A stretch of 64,000 nt of DNA from an uncultured Acidimicrobiia bacterium (GCA_963698385.1 CAVOQP010000010.1:529518-593517), one strand, 5' to 3'; positions 17,394 to 27,474 are shown, counted from the first letter of the stretch. Program-made: numbers and translations. The notes: generated from the sequence alone by a model not told the origin.

Positions 17394-18344
17394 ATGCGCA
17401 ACACCAACCGAGGCTCCCTTGCAGGGGAGACCATCGCCCCCCAACTTCCGCTGGGAGTCCTGGTTCGGCGATGGCTCGTCGTCATCCTTGCCACCGCGGT
17501 ATTCGGAGCGGGACTGTCGGCCGTCGCCGGGTCCTTCCAATCCGCCGAGGCGCCCACTGCTCCCGAGACCAGCCAGGTCGCCGACTCCGTCGACGCCAGT
17601 GCTGCGACACAGGAGATCCCCATCTCCACCACCCCCTCTCCAAGTTCCGACGTGACCCGGTCAGCCGCCGCCTCGACCACCTCCCCCACGACCACGGGAG
17701 CACCAGCCCCGACCACGGAGGCACCGGCCTCGACCACCACCTCCCAGGACACCACGCCTGCGGTTGATGAGACCCTCCCGCCAGACACCGACTCGTCGAT
17801 TCCCGCCACGACCGTTGCGCCCGCCGCCACCACCACCACGCCAGCACCAACCACAACGACCACCGTTACCCCGGCAACGACCACCACGACAGCCCCGGTG
17901 ACCACCACCACGGCGGCACCGACGACCACCACCACGGCAGGCCCGACGACGACCACCACTGTCGCCCCCGCGGCCCCGGCCTCGGGCGACACCGCCTTCG
18001 CCTCGTCGCTCGTCTCGCTCGCCAACAAGGCGAGGGCATCGGAGGGCATAGCCCCCCTCAGCGTCTCAAGCTCCCTCACCAGCTACGCCCAGGACTGGGC
18101 GGCGCACCTCGCTGACACCCTCACCCTCAGCCACTCGAACATCGGGAGCCTGCTCGGGGCATGGTCGACCGTTGGTGAGAACGTCGCCGCCGGGCACTCA
18201 TCGGCCCAGGTGATGCACACGGCGTGGATGAACTCGGCAGGTCACCGGGCCAACATCCTGAACCCGAACTTCACGCACATCGGGGTTGGTGTCGTGATCG
18301 ACGCCAACGGCGCTCCCAGGGGCGTCCAGGTCTTCGGCGGATAG
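17394..18344 (+). CDS. Secreted CAP/SCP/PR-1 domain protein, tandem paralog
   Basis: C-terminal domain about 60% identical to the previous gene (GENVAAGH..HRANILNPNFTHIGVGV), with a long T/P/A linker. Confidence 0.75.
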   Translation: MRNTNRGSLAGETIAPQLPLGVLVRRWLVVILATAVFGAGLSAVAGSFQSAEAPTAPETSQVADSVDASAATQEIPISTTPSPSSDVTRSAAASTTSPTTTGAPAPTTEAPASTTTSQDTTPAVDETLPPDTDSSIPATTVAPAATTTTPAPTTTTTVTPATTTTTAPVTTTTAAPTTTTTAGPTTTTTVAPAAPASGDTAFASSLVSLANKARASEGIAPLSVSSSLTSYAQDWAAHLADTLTLSHSNIGSLLGAWSTVGENVAAGHSSAQVMHTAWMNSAGHRANILNPNFTHIGVGVVIDANGAPRGVQVFGG

Positions 18345-18542
18345 GGACGGCGAGCGTCAAGCGCCATCGTCCGAGCGCAGCCAGGACTCATGTGGGTAGG
18401 GGGGTCGTAGTTTGTCGCACGGTCTTGACGCGGCGCCAACACTCACCGCCCCCACCTCCCCCTCCGCTTCGCCACGGGGCCGAGGCCTTCCTGCTCGGCA
18501 CGCGGGGACAGATGGTTGGTCCTTGGCGCTTTGCGGCCGGGG

Positions 18543-18559
18543 CGTAGGATCGCCCGATG
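18543..18559 (+). promoter_or_regulatory. Candidate leaderless promoter motif CGTAGGATCGCCCGATG
   Basis: 17/17 identical to 6443..6459. The TAGGAT hexamer lies 6 nt before the ATG. Confidence 0.45.
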
Positions 18560-20668
18560 CATCGAATCGCCGGCCTCATCGTCTCCCATCACAAGCGAGT
18601 ACTTGCCCTCACGGCGCTGATGACCATCGGCAGTGCCCTCATGTTCTTCCGGATCCAGGTCAACGCCGACATCTCCGCGTTCATGTCCGGGAGCGTCGAG
18701 GGCGAGTCGTTCGCTCTCCTCCAGGAGAAGTACGAAACGGCCGACCCGGTCAACGTCATGCTCTCCCTGCCCGATGGCGAGACGTTCCTCGACGGACCCG
18801 CGCTGGCCGACCTGGCCCGGGCGCGCGACACGCTTCTGTCCATGGAGGAGGTGGCGCTCGTCACGAGCCTCGTCCCCGACACCAACCCGCTGACGGGCGC
18901 CGCGCTCACTCCTGAGTTCCTCGAGGCACTGCCGGCATTCGCATTGGGTCAGATGATGGGAACGAACCCCTTCGCCGACCTCCTCCTGAGTGAGGACGGG
19001 CAGCACACCCTGCTGATGGCGGTCCCGGCCGGGGAACCGGTCCAGGCTGCCCACGCAATCGCCGACCTCGACCTCGGGGACCGATTCGACGTCACGGTCT
19101 CGGGCAACCCGGCGATCTATGCCGAGATCACGCAGATCCTCAGCCTCGTACTCCTCTTCATCCCGCCGGTCGTCGTCCTCCTCCTCCTGGCGACCTTCTA
19201 CGCCAACGTCGGGAGCCGGAAGCTGACCATCCTGTCGATCTTCCCGGCATTGGTCGGGACCATCTGGACCTTCGGGATGATCTTCGCCCTCGGCAAGGAG
19301 ATCGACCTCGTCACTGTGATCGTCCCGATCTTCGTAATCGTCATGGGATCGGCCGACGGCCTCCACTTCGTCACGCACTTCCAGGACGTGGCTGCCCGGA
19401 CCGACGATCCCACCGAACGGGTCCGCTCGACACTCGAACAGGTCGGCAAGCCGATGATCCTCACGACCATCTCGACGGCCGTCGGGTTCCTCTCCCTCTT
19501 CGTGGCGGACGTGGGCCCGATCCGGCAGATGGGTCTCTACGCGGCGATCGGTATCACGTTCGCGGGGATCATCTCGTTCTTCTCGCTCCCGGCCGTCCTC
19601 ACTCGGATCGACGTGGTGGGCCGGGCCCATCCCCCACGGATCGGCGGCGCGCTCATCCGCGGGCTGCAGGCATCGGTCCGCACGCGGGTCCCCGCCGTCG
19701 TCCTCACCCTGCTCCTGGTGGCCTTCGCCGTCATCTTCATCCCTCGCATCCAGGTGGACTCCGATCCGCTCTTCATGTTCGGACCCGACCATGAGGTGCG
19801 CAACGCGTTCCAGGCGACGGAGAGCCTCTTCGGCGGAGCGACACCCCTCGTAGGTGAGTTCGTGTTCGATCCGACCGACCCGACCGGCTCTCTCGCGGCC
19901 GCCCGGGACGCCACTGCCCGGCTGGAGGCCTTGCCGGAGGTGCGCACGGTGCTCTCCGTCGCATCACTCGAAGGGGTGCTCTCGCCCGACGTGGTACGCG
20001 GCGTTCTCGCCGGTGAGGTCGACCTTCCGACCGGCAAGATGGTGAGCGAAGACGGCCTCAGGTTCATGGTCCTGACCCAAGACCTCGGAACCGACGGACT
20101 CGATGCGCTTCGGGCGGCAGCCGCATCCGATCCCACCATTCGGTCGCTCACCGGGATGACGGTGATCTGGGCTGCGATGGCCGACTTGGTCCTCGACGCC
20201 CAAGTGTGGTCGGTGACAGCCGCCTTGGTGCTGGTGGCGCTCATGCTCTTCGTCACGTATCGGAAGGTCCGCCCCACCGTGGTGGCCATCGTGCCGCTCG
20301 TGCTGACCGTGGGGGCGCTCCTCGGCTTCATCTCCGCGACCGGCATCAACCTCAACCTCATCACCGCGGTTGCCTCATCGATCGTGATCGGAGTGGGGAT
20401 CGACTACGCGATCCACTTCGTCGCAGCGATCCAGCATGCGGAGAAAGACGGTCCAGGGTATGTCCACCGAGCTCTCCGATCCGCGGGACGACCGATCGTC
20501 GCCAATGCCCTCGGTATTGCCATAGGGCTCACCGGACTCTGGTTGAGTCCCCTCCAGCCGCACCACCACATCTCACTCATCATGTGGTTCTCGATGGTGG
20601 TGGCCGCACTTGCCGCCCTCATCATCATTCCGGCACTCCTGCCCCGGGACGCCGTGGCCGACGGATAG
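18557..20668 (+). CDS. MMPL/RND-superfamily membrane transporter
   Basis: 703 aa with two 6-TM bundles (SSD-like) and periplasmic loops. Confidence 0.85.
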   Translation: MHRIAGLIVSHHKRVLALTALMTIGSALMFFRIQVNADISAFMSGSVEGESFALLQEKYETADPVNVMLSLPDGETFLDGPALADLARARDTLLSMEEVALVTSLVPDTNPLTGAALTPEFLEALPAFALGQMMGTNPFADLLLSEDGQHTLLMAVPAGEPVQAAHAIADLDLGDRFDVTVSGNPAIYAEITQILSLVLLFIPPVVVLLLLATFYANVGSRKLTILSIFPALVGTIWTFGMIFALGKEIDLVTVIVPIFVIVMGSADGLHFVTHFQDVAARTDDPTERVRSTLEQVGKPMILTTISTAVGFLSLFVADVGPIRQMGLYAAIGITFAGIISFFSLPAVLTRIDVVGRAHPPRIGGALIRGLQASVRTRVPAVVLTLLLVAFAVIFIPRIQVDSDPLFMFGPDHEVRNAFQATESLFGGATPLVGEFVFDPTDPTGSLAAARDATARLEALPEVRTVLSVASLEGVLSPDVVRGVLAGEVDLPTGKMVSEDGLRFMVLTQDLGTDGLDALRAAAASDPTIRSLTGMTVIWAAMADLVLDAQVWSVTAALVLVALMLFVTYRKVRPTVVAIVPLVLTVGALLGFISATGINLNLITAVASSIVIGVGIDYAIHFVAAIQHAEKDGPGYVHRALRSAGRPIVANALGIAIGLTGLWLSPLQPHHHISLIMWFSMVVAALAALIIIPALLPRDAVADG

Positions 20669-20731
20669 CCACATCGCGGGGCGCTCCCTGCCGCGAGGCT
20701 GAACGCACCGCCCGGCGCTCTGCCCAAAGGG

Positions 20732-23302
20732 GTGCAGGGCTACGCTTTGCCCATGAGAAGGGCATTCCGGGTCCACCATGACCCGGCACCGGGAGAGTCG
20801 GTTCAGCTCATCATCGACTACCTCCCCGAAGGGATGCGACCCATCGGAGGCGGCTGGTGGGAAGCCGCCGCCGACGTCGACGAGGGTTCCGTCTACTACT
20901 ACCGCGTGGTGGATGAGGCCGGTCGGGTCACCCGGATCGACCACGGACGGCCCCGGAGGCCCCTGGGGGAGTCCGTGATCATCGACCGCTGGCGCGCCGC
21001 CGATCCTGCCCGCATGGCCCGCCACTCGGCGCTCTTCAAGTCCGGCATCGGCCGGCACTGGCCGGAGGCTCAAGGCGCCTCCGGACTGCGCCTCACCATT
21101 CGCCTCCACGAGCCATCGATCGAACCGGGGAACAGGGTGGCGGTCGTCGGCTCGGATCCCGTGTTGGGCGCATGGGACGAGTCCGAGGCAAGGCGGATGA
21201 CCGCCAGCCCCTACCCGTGGTGGACCCTCACGCTCGACCTCGAGCACCCCGAGGAGCCCGGCGAGTACTCCTACCTGGTGATCGATACCGACGGTGGCGT
21301 CGTGCACCGCGATCCGATGCGGCACCCGCTCCCCCCTTGCCCGGCCTCGACCATTGTCAACGACGAGGCGATCGTCGGGCTCCCGGACTGGCGAGGCACC
21401 GGCGTGGCGGTCCCGGTGTTCGCCCTCCGGACGGAGCGCTCCTTCGGGGTGGGTGAGTTCCGGGACCTGATGCCGTTCGCCGATTGGGCGGCGTCGTGCG
21501 GGATCTCGCTCATCCAGGTCCTGCCCCTGAATGACACCATCAAGGACCACTCCTGGGGGGACTCCTACCCATACAACCCGATCTCGGTGCGGGCCCTCCA
21601 TCCGCTCTACATGGATCTCTTCGACCTCCCGGGCTCCGCCAACCTCGACCCGGGCATCAGGGACCTCGGACGCGCGTTGAACCGAGAGCCCGAGGTGGCT
21701 TACGAGCGGGTCATGGAGGCCAAGCTGGCCATCCTCCGCGAGTTGTTCGCCGAAGCTCCACCCGACACCGCCGAGCAGGGCTTCCGGTCGGAAAACTGGG
21801 AGTGGCTGGGTCCCTACGCCCACTGGTGCTCACTGCGGGACCATTTCGGAACATCCAACATGACCCAGTGGGGTGCCGACGAGCACTACGATCCGGCGCG
21901 CCTCGAGGCAGCCCTGGCCGATGCCGAACACCGCGACCTCGAGTTCTGGTGCTGGGTCCAGTACCACCTCCATCGCCAACTCGGCCGAGCCGTTGAGCAC
22001 ATCCACAGCCTGGGAATCGCACTCAAGGGTGACCTCCCGATCGGGGTGGCTCCCAACAGCGTCGAGACCTGGACCCGTCCCGAACTGTTCCACCTCGGCA
22101 CGCAGGCGGGCGCCCCGCCCGACGACTTCGCCATCCGCGGCCAGAACTGGGGCTTCCCCACGTACGACTGGGACGCCATGGCGGCCGACGAATACCAGTG
22201 GTGGAAGGACCGATTCGTCGCCATGCACGCCTACGCCGACGCCTACCGCATCGACCACATCCTCGGGTTCTTCCGGATCTGGGAGATCCCACGCGACGCC
22301 GTGGACGGACTCCTCGGCGTCTTCAGGCCATGCAAACCGCTCACCCGAGCCGAGGTCGAAGCCCACCTCCCGCAGGCGGACCTGGGTTGGCTCATCCGAC
22401 CGATGATCGACCTGGATGTCCTCCATCGCCGCTTCGGGGACCAAGCCCCATCCGTCCGCGAGCGCTGCTTCACCGGGGAGGACGGCGATCTCCGATTCAG
22501 GCCGACGTTCTCCAACCAGCGTGCCGTGGCCGATGCGTCGATCGCCGGGGCATTCGACGGCCTCGGCAATCGGTCGACGGTCACCCGCCACCTGCTGGAC
22601 CTCCGGGCGGATGCCCCCCTGATGGAGGTCGAAGGGGGCTACCACCCACGCATCTCCTGGCAGGCAACCGAGGCGTACCAGCGCCTCCCCGGCCATGAAA
22701 AGGGTGCATTCGACACGATGGCGACGGACTTCTTCCACCATCGGCACACTGGCCTGTGGCGGGCCCAGGGCATTCGCAGTCTCCCGGCCGTGGTCGACGT
22801 CACACCGCTGCTCCCCTGCGGCGAGGTCCTGGGGATGGTCCCCGACATGGTCCCCGCACTCATGGAGGAGCTTGGGATCCTCGGCCTCGAAATCGAGCGT
22901 ATGCCCAAGACCCCGGGGGCGTGGCGAGCCGACCCGTCATCGGCGCCATACCTGTCGGTGGTGAGCCCGGCCACCCATGACATGGCGCCCCTCCGTCTGT
23001 GGTGGGCAGAGGATCGTTCAGCCGCCCAGCGCTATTGGACCGAGGTGCTGGGGCGTGACGGGGAAGCACCGGAGCGAGCCTCGGACGAGGTGTGCCGGGT
23101 GATCATCGGCAACCATTTGTCCTCACCGGCGATGCTGGCAGTCGTGCAACTCCAGGACCTGCTGGCCACCGTCCCCGAGGCCCGGAGACCGGACATCGCG
23201 GCGGAACGGGTGAATGTGCCATCGGATCGCCAGCATCGGTGGCGGTACCGATGCCACCTCGATGTGGGTGATCTCCCGGTGCGGGACTGGCAGCGGACCT
23301 AG
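20732..23302 (+). CDS. malQ: 4-alpha-glucanotransferase (GH77, amylomaltase) with N-terminal CBM20 starch-binding domain
   Basis: CBM20 motif GNRVAVVGSDPVLGAWDESEARRM..WW, then GH77 motifs GVGEFRDL, PLNDT, YRIDHILGFFRIWEIP. Confidence 0.85.
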   Translation: MQGYALPMRRAFRVHHDPAPGESVQLIIDYLPEGMRPIGGGWWEAAADVDEGSVYYYRVVDEAGRVTRIDHGRPRRPLGESVIIDRWRAADPARMARHSALFKSGIGRHWPEAQGASGLRLTIRLHEPSIEPGNRVAVVGSDPVLGAWDESEARRMTASPYPWWTLTLDLEHPEEPGEYSYLVIDTDGGVVHRDPMRHPLPPCPASTIVNDEAIVGLPDWRGTGVAVPVFALRTERSFGVGEFRDLMPFADWAASCGISLIQVLPLNDTIKDHSWGDSYPYNPISVRALHPLYMDLFDLPGSANLDPGIRDLGRALNREPEVAYERVMEAKLAILRELFAEAPPDTAEQGFRSENWEWLGPYAHWCSLRDHFGTSNMTQWGADEHYDPARLEAALADAEHRDLEFWCWVQYHLHRQLGRAVEHIHSLGIALKGDLPIGVAPNSVETWTRPELFHLGTQAGAPPDDFAIRGQNWGFPTYDWDAMAADEYQWWKDRFVAMHAYADAYRIDHILGFFRIWEIPRDAVDGLLGVFRPCKPLTRAEVEAHLPQADLGWLIRPMIDLDVLHRRFGDQAPSVRERCFTGEDGDLRFRPTFSNQRAVADASIAGAFDGLGNRSTVTRHLLDLRADAPLMEVEGGYHPRISWQATEAYQRLPGHEKGAFDTMATDFFHHRHTGLWRAQGIRSLPAVVDVTPLLPCGEVLGMVPDMVPALMEELGILGLEIERMPKTPGAWRADPSSAPYLSVVSPATHDMAPLRLWWAEDRSAAQRYWTEVLGRDGEAPERASDEVCRVIIGNHLSSPAMLAVVQLQDLLATVPEARRPDIAAERVNVPSDRQHRWRYRCHLDVGDLPVRDWQRT

Positions 23303-23475
23303 ACCGCGAGTTCGTCGTCGTCGGTGATCGCGGCGTCCAATTCGACGGAGACCATGTTCTCGCGGCGGATGTCCATCGATTTGATGCGCTCGGTGAGCGA
23401 GACGCCGCGTGTGAAGCCTCCGAGGCGCTCCCGGAGCGCTGATCCGACCAATTCCGGTACTCGATCCTGATCCAC
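23299..23475 (-). CDS. Hypothetical small acidic protein (58 aa)
   Basis: AAGGAGGA RBS then a GTG start. Has no recognisable motif. Confidence 0.3.
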   Translation of the reverse strand: MDQDRVPELVGSALRERLGGFTRGVSLTERIKSMDIRRENMVSVELDAAITDDDELAV

Positions 23476-23560
23476 GCTTCCTCCTTGCATGGATATGACG
23501 ACGGCCGAGCCGTCATGCAGATCCTACCGCCTCGAAGCAGGCCGCGGGTGGATTGGCGGC

Positions 23561-24733
23561 TCAGGCCAGGCGTCGACGGCCGACCACCGCCAGGCCGGCC
23601 AAGAGGAGCACGATCGAAGAACCGGCATAGAAGCTCGCCGACGACCCGATGGTCGCCAACCCGATCCCACCCACGATGGGGCCGATCGTCTGGCCCAGGC
23701 GTAGGCCGCCGACCCACACCGCCATGACCGTTCCCCGGCTCTGGTGGTCGGCCGCCTCGACTACACGGTCCTGGGTCGGAGGGAAGACCAGGCCCTCTGC
23801 GAGGCCCCACAAGACCGCACCGAAGGCGTACACCACGAGTGGGAGCGGGCTTCCGAGAACGGCGAAGGAGAGACCGAAGAGAAAGATCCCCCATGTGACC
23901 GCTCTCCCCCGCCCGAAGCGCTGGGCGATCCGTCCCGCATTCATCGCCACCCAGAACGACACGAGGGACGGGATCCCGAGGAAGATACCGCGCCCACCGG
24001 CAGAGAGGCCGAACTCGGATTCGAGGTGGAACGGGAGGATGGTCAGGATCAACCCGAAGATGGCGATCATGACCCCGATCATCAGCAGGATCAGGCCGAA
24101 CACGACCGGGGATCTGAGAACGAGCCACGAGGCCCGGAGTTGCTCCCGCACCGAGAGTGTCGCCAAGGGACGGTCCGGTGGGAGATGTCTCCAGGCCAAG
24201 TAGCCGATGATGAACCCGAGCGGGTAGAGGTGGAATGGGCCCCGCCAGCCGAACGCATCGGCCAGCAGTCCGCCGATCGTGGGGATCGCAGCAAGGCCGA
24301 CGGTGAGCGCCGCTGAGTTCCTCCCGATCATCCTGACCCGATCGGTCCCTTCCCAGTGATCACCGATGAGCACCACGACGAGGTTGATGAGGCCCGCGGC
24401 CCCCATCCCCTGGAAGAAGCGAGCGACGGCGAGCCAGGTGATGGTCGGCATGTAGGCCGACACGGTGCCTGCGGCCGCGAACAGCAGGAGGCACGGCACG
24501 AGGACTCTCCGACGGCCATGCCGGTCGGCCAGCACGCCGATGACCGGGGCGAGGAGGATGCCCGGGGCAGTGGCTGAGCCGAGGATCAGGCCAGCAGCGC
24601 TCTCGGACTCGCCGAAGGCTCGCAGTATGTCGGGGATGACCGGGGCGATCGGGGTGATGAGGGTGATCCCGACGATCGTGATCGAGAACAGCAGCCACGG
24701 CGGCGGGCGACGAACAACGGGGGCTGTGGACAC
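23561..24733 (-). CDS. MFS transporter
   Basis: 12 TM, GVLADRHGRRRV MFS signature. Confidence 0.8.
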   Translation of the reverse strand: MSTAPVVRRPPPWLLFSITIVGITLITPIAPVIPDILRAFGESESAAGLILGSATAPGILLAPVIGVLADRHGRRRVLVPCLLLFAAAGTVSAYMPTITWLAVARFFQGMGAAGLINLVVVLIGDHWEGTDRVRMIGRNSAALTVGLAAIPTIGGLLADAFGWRGPFHLYPLGFIIGYLAWRHLPPDRPLATLSVREQLRASWLVLRSPVVFGLILLMIGVMIAIFGLILTILPFHLESEFGLSAGGRGIFLGIPSLVSFWVAMNAGRIAQRFGRGRAVTWGIFLFGLSFAVLGSPLPLVVYAFGAVLWGLAEGLVFPPTQDRVVEAADHQSRGTVMAVWVGGLRLGQTIGPIVGGIGLATIGSSASFYAGSSIVLLLAGLAVVGRRRLA

Positions 24734-24867
24734 CGGACGAGGCTACCCGGGGAACGGCGGGAGCAAGCAGGGGCCGGGAGGGGCTCCCGGGCCCCCACTG
24801 GTGGTTGCCCGTGCGTCGATGACGACGTCTCCACTCCATGTGCGGACCCGCCATTAGGGTCTCTTGA

Positions 24868-25131
24868 ATGCACCGGATCGACCTGACCTACTGCGTTCCC
24901 TGAGACTATTCCGATCGTGCCGTGAGCACGGTGAAGGACCTCTTGGGCAATTACCAGCACATCATCGAGGAGCTCCGACTCGTGACGGGTTCAAAGGGGG
25001 TATTCGACGTCGTCGTCGACGGGGAGATCCTGTACTCGAAACACACCGAGGGTCGCCACGCCGAACCGGGCGAAGTGCTCGCCCGCTTCGTCCAGGCCTA
25101 CGGCCAAGGTGTCGCCCGGTACGGGGAGTAG
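24868..25131 (+). CDS. selW: SelW/Rdx-family selenoprotein with in-frame TGA (Sec) at 24901-24903 in a CVPU motif
   Basis: Reads MHRIDLTYCVPU(TGA)DYSDRAVSTVKDLL...GVFDVVVDGEILYSKHTEGRHAEPGEVL. This matches the Rdx consensus IEYCxxC..RA.WxAQELL...FEV.VDGELV.SK...GRFP. The ORF table only called the post-TGA half, 24922..25131. Confidence 0.7.
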
Positions 25132-25236
25132 CCCGCCCAGGTTCTCAGACCGTTCTCACGGGCACCTTACGATTGTCTCATCTCCGACCGCGACAGTGAC
25201 TCGTGACGGTGCAGCAAATCGAAAAGGAGTCGCACC

Positions 25237-25893
25237 ATGAAGAAGACAATCGCAGCATTGCTTGCGGGTATCGCTTTCGTCGCCGGAGGGTTCTTCGCCG
25301 GCACGTTCGGGGCATCCGACACCGCCGCAGCCGAAGAAGGTGACACGGCGGTCACCGCCGACGCCCCCGCTTGGAGTGGCGAGCACAGGGCCGATCACCG
25401 ACGCGGTCCCATGATCCACATGCTCGAGAGCGCGGCCGAGTTCCTCGATCTTGAACCCGTGGAGGTGCTCGAAGCACTCGCCGACGGAGGAGTCCTTGCG
25501 GACCTCACCGACGACGATGCCGGGCTGGTGGCGGCGATCGTCGCTGCGGCCGAAGCCGACATCGACCAGGCGGTCACTGACGGCAGGATGGATGCCGACC
25601 GCGCCGATGCGCTCAAGGACCAACTCGCAGATCGGGTGGAGACATTCATCACGACGTCCCATGAGCGACCGGACGACCGGCCGTTCCACGACCGGCACGT
25701 CCGCGGTTTCGTCAAGGAAGCAGCCGACGTCATCGGCATCGACGCGGCAGACCTCGTCGAAGGCCTCGCTGACGGAAAGAGCATCGCGGACGTGGCACTG
25801 GAGAACGGATTGAGCGAGTCCGACCTCGTCGACGCTCTCACCGATGCCGCCCGCGAGCGGATCGAAGAAGCGGTGAACAAGACGAAGCCGTAA
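25237..25893 (+). CDS. Secreted acidic hypothetical protein
   Basis: AAAAGGAG RBS and signal peptide MKKTIAALLAGIAFVAGGFFAGTFGA. Asp/Ala-rich. Confidence 0.55.
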   Translation: MKKTIAALLAGIAFVAGGFFAGTFGASDTAAAEEGDTAVTADAPAWSGEHRADHRRGPMIHMLESAAEFLDLEPVEVLEALADGGVLADLTDDDAGLVAAIVAAAEADIDQAVTDGRMDADRADALKDQLADRVETFITTSHERPDDRPFHDRHVRGFVKEAADVIGIDAADLVEGLADGKSIADVALENGLSESDLVDALTDAARERIEEAVNKTKP

Positions 25894-25918
25894 GCACGAG
25901 GTACGAAGTACGAAGAGT

Positions 25919-25950
25919 GGGCCCCGGCATCGCCGGGGCCCTCTTCGTTT
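25919..25950 (+). terminator. Intrinsic terminator hairpin GGGCCCCGGC-ATC-GCCGGGGCCC followed by TCTTCGTTT
   Basis: Perfect 10-bp GC stem, 26 nt after the stop at 25893. Confidence 0.65.
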
Positions 25951-25976
25951 GGCGGTCGGGCGCACGACTGACGAAG

Positions 25977-26046
25977 TAGGACTCGGGACTCGGGACTTGG
26001 GACTCGGGACTCGGGACTCGGGACTCGCACCTGGCACCTCGCACGC
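25977..26046. repeat. Tandem heptamer array (GGGACTC) x about 7, then (GCACCTN) x about 3
   Basis: GGACTCGGGACTCGGGACTTGGGACTCGGGACTCGGGACTCGGGACTCGCACCTGGCACCTCGCAC. Confidence 0.8.
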
Positions 26047-26184
26047 GATACTTTCTCCATGTACTCCGACGGCCCGACCCGGCTCAGACCCGACGCTCTT
26101 CGCCTCGTGGCGGCCTGCCCCGCCTCCTCGCTTCCCCGTCGCACGAAGAAGCCCGACAATGCCCTCCTTCGATGGAAGGTGGCC

Positions 26185-27474
26185 ATGGACGCCATCACCC
26201 AGTGGTACCGGGCGGGAACCCCCGAGGACGTCGACCAGATCGAACGAGACCTCTTCGCCGCCCTCGACCCCGTCCAGCGCGACGTGACGAGCCGGGCGTT
26301 CCGGGCCTGGCGGGAGAGCGTCGGTAGGGGTGGCACCATCGGATTCGATGCGGTGGGCCCGTCTGTCGTCTCCGAGGATGAGGCGTACTACCTCACTTCG
26401 GCCATCCAGCTGACATTGACCGACGACGACGGGACCGTCGAACACATCAAAGTCAAGCTGCGTACGCCGACGGGCGAGGACGAACGGGCGATCATCACGC
26501 TCGGAGCCGAGCCGGGCATCGACTACCTCGAAGTCATCCTCGACCCGGGTCAAGTGGACTCCCTCCTGATCGACCGGGGGCGGGCTCAGGAAGTCATCGC
26601 CGAGCTCTTCGCGATGGGGAAGCAGGAGTTCGACAAGAACGACCACGTCGGCGGTCGCCACTGTTGGTGGTGCGACCGGGCTTCGCTGTGCAAGCAGTAC
26701 CCGCCCCTCGGCGACAGCGCGCCGCCTTCGGGGACGAAGAGCCTCGTCCTCGGGAAGGGCACCCTTTCCCGGCTCCCCGAGTGCCCCCGGCGGGTTTCGT
26801 GGAAGGCGATCTTCCAGTTCGCCGACGAACGCTCTGACACCGACGACACCAGTCCGGCCCTCGCCATGGGCAATCACTTCCATGCGGCGATCGCCGGAGC
26901 CCTCCTGGACGCGGACCCCGACGGCGTGATGCGCTCCCATGCCCTCGCATTGGCGGCCTCCGAACAATCGGAGTTCCTCTCCCTATGGGACACGCACCGC
27001 TCCCTCGCGGAGGCAGAACCCGACCCTGTGGAGTTCTCCCGGACGGAGCTCCCCATCGGCTGCACGGCGCCTGCATTCACTGGAGGTGAGGCCACGGCCG
27101 TGACCTTCCTGGGGATCGTCGACGCCGGGGGCCGGGAGAGCGATGGCACCCCGGCGATCGTGGAGCACCGCACCACCATGCGCCGCGACCTCCCCTACCT
27201 CGAACAGGAGCTCTACGCCGTTGCCGGGGCGCTGGCGGTGAAGTCGGACCGGATCGCGGTACACCATCATTGGCTTCGGTCGCCCGTGGACGAGGCGTGT
27301 ACCCGACGCCTGTTCGAGCCGGGGGACCTCGAGCAGGCCCGCGACGCCCTCGTGGCGGCGGCGGGGGTGATCGCCGGCTGGGACCGGGAAGACGCCACCC
27401 ACGCCCCGCACGTCGTTGGGGAGTGGTGCGCCTTCTGCCCGTATCGGGTGCTCTGCACCCGCCACCGCACCTGA
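26185..27474 (+). CDS. PD-(D/E)XK (RecB/Cas4-like) nuclease-family protein with putative Fe-S Cys cluster in C-terminal half; N-terminal half unknown
   Basis: GGAAGG RBS then ATG at 26185. C-terminal half has GIVDAG...AIVEHRTT..EQELY (D/E-x-K and QxxY-like motifs). Terminal CAFCPYRVLC (Cx2Cx5C) plus an earlier HCWWCDRASLC. Confidence 0.45.
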   Translation: MDAITQWYRAGTPEDVDQIERDLFAALDPVQRDVTSRAFRAWRESVGRGGTIGFDAVGPSVVSEDEAYYLTSAIQLTLTDDDGTVEHIKVKLRTPTGEDERAIITLGAEPGIDYLEVILDPGQVDSLLIDRGRAQEVIAELFAMGKQEFDKNDHVGGRHCWWCDRASLCKQYPPLGDSAPPSGTKSLVLGKGTLSRLPECPRRVSWKAIFQFADERSDTDDTSPALAMGNHFHAAIAGALLDADPDGVMRSHALALAASEQSEFLSLWDTHRSLAEAEPDPVEFSRTELPIGCTAPAFTGGEATAVTFLGIVDAGGRESDGTPAIVEHRTTMRRDLPYLEQELYAVAGALAVKSDRIAVHHHWLRSPVDEACTRRLFEPGDLEQARDALVAAAGVIAGWDREDATHAPHVVGEWCAFCPYRVLCTRHRT

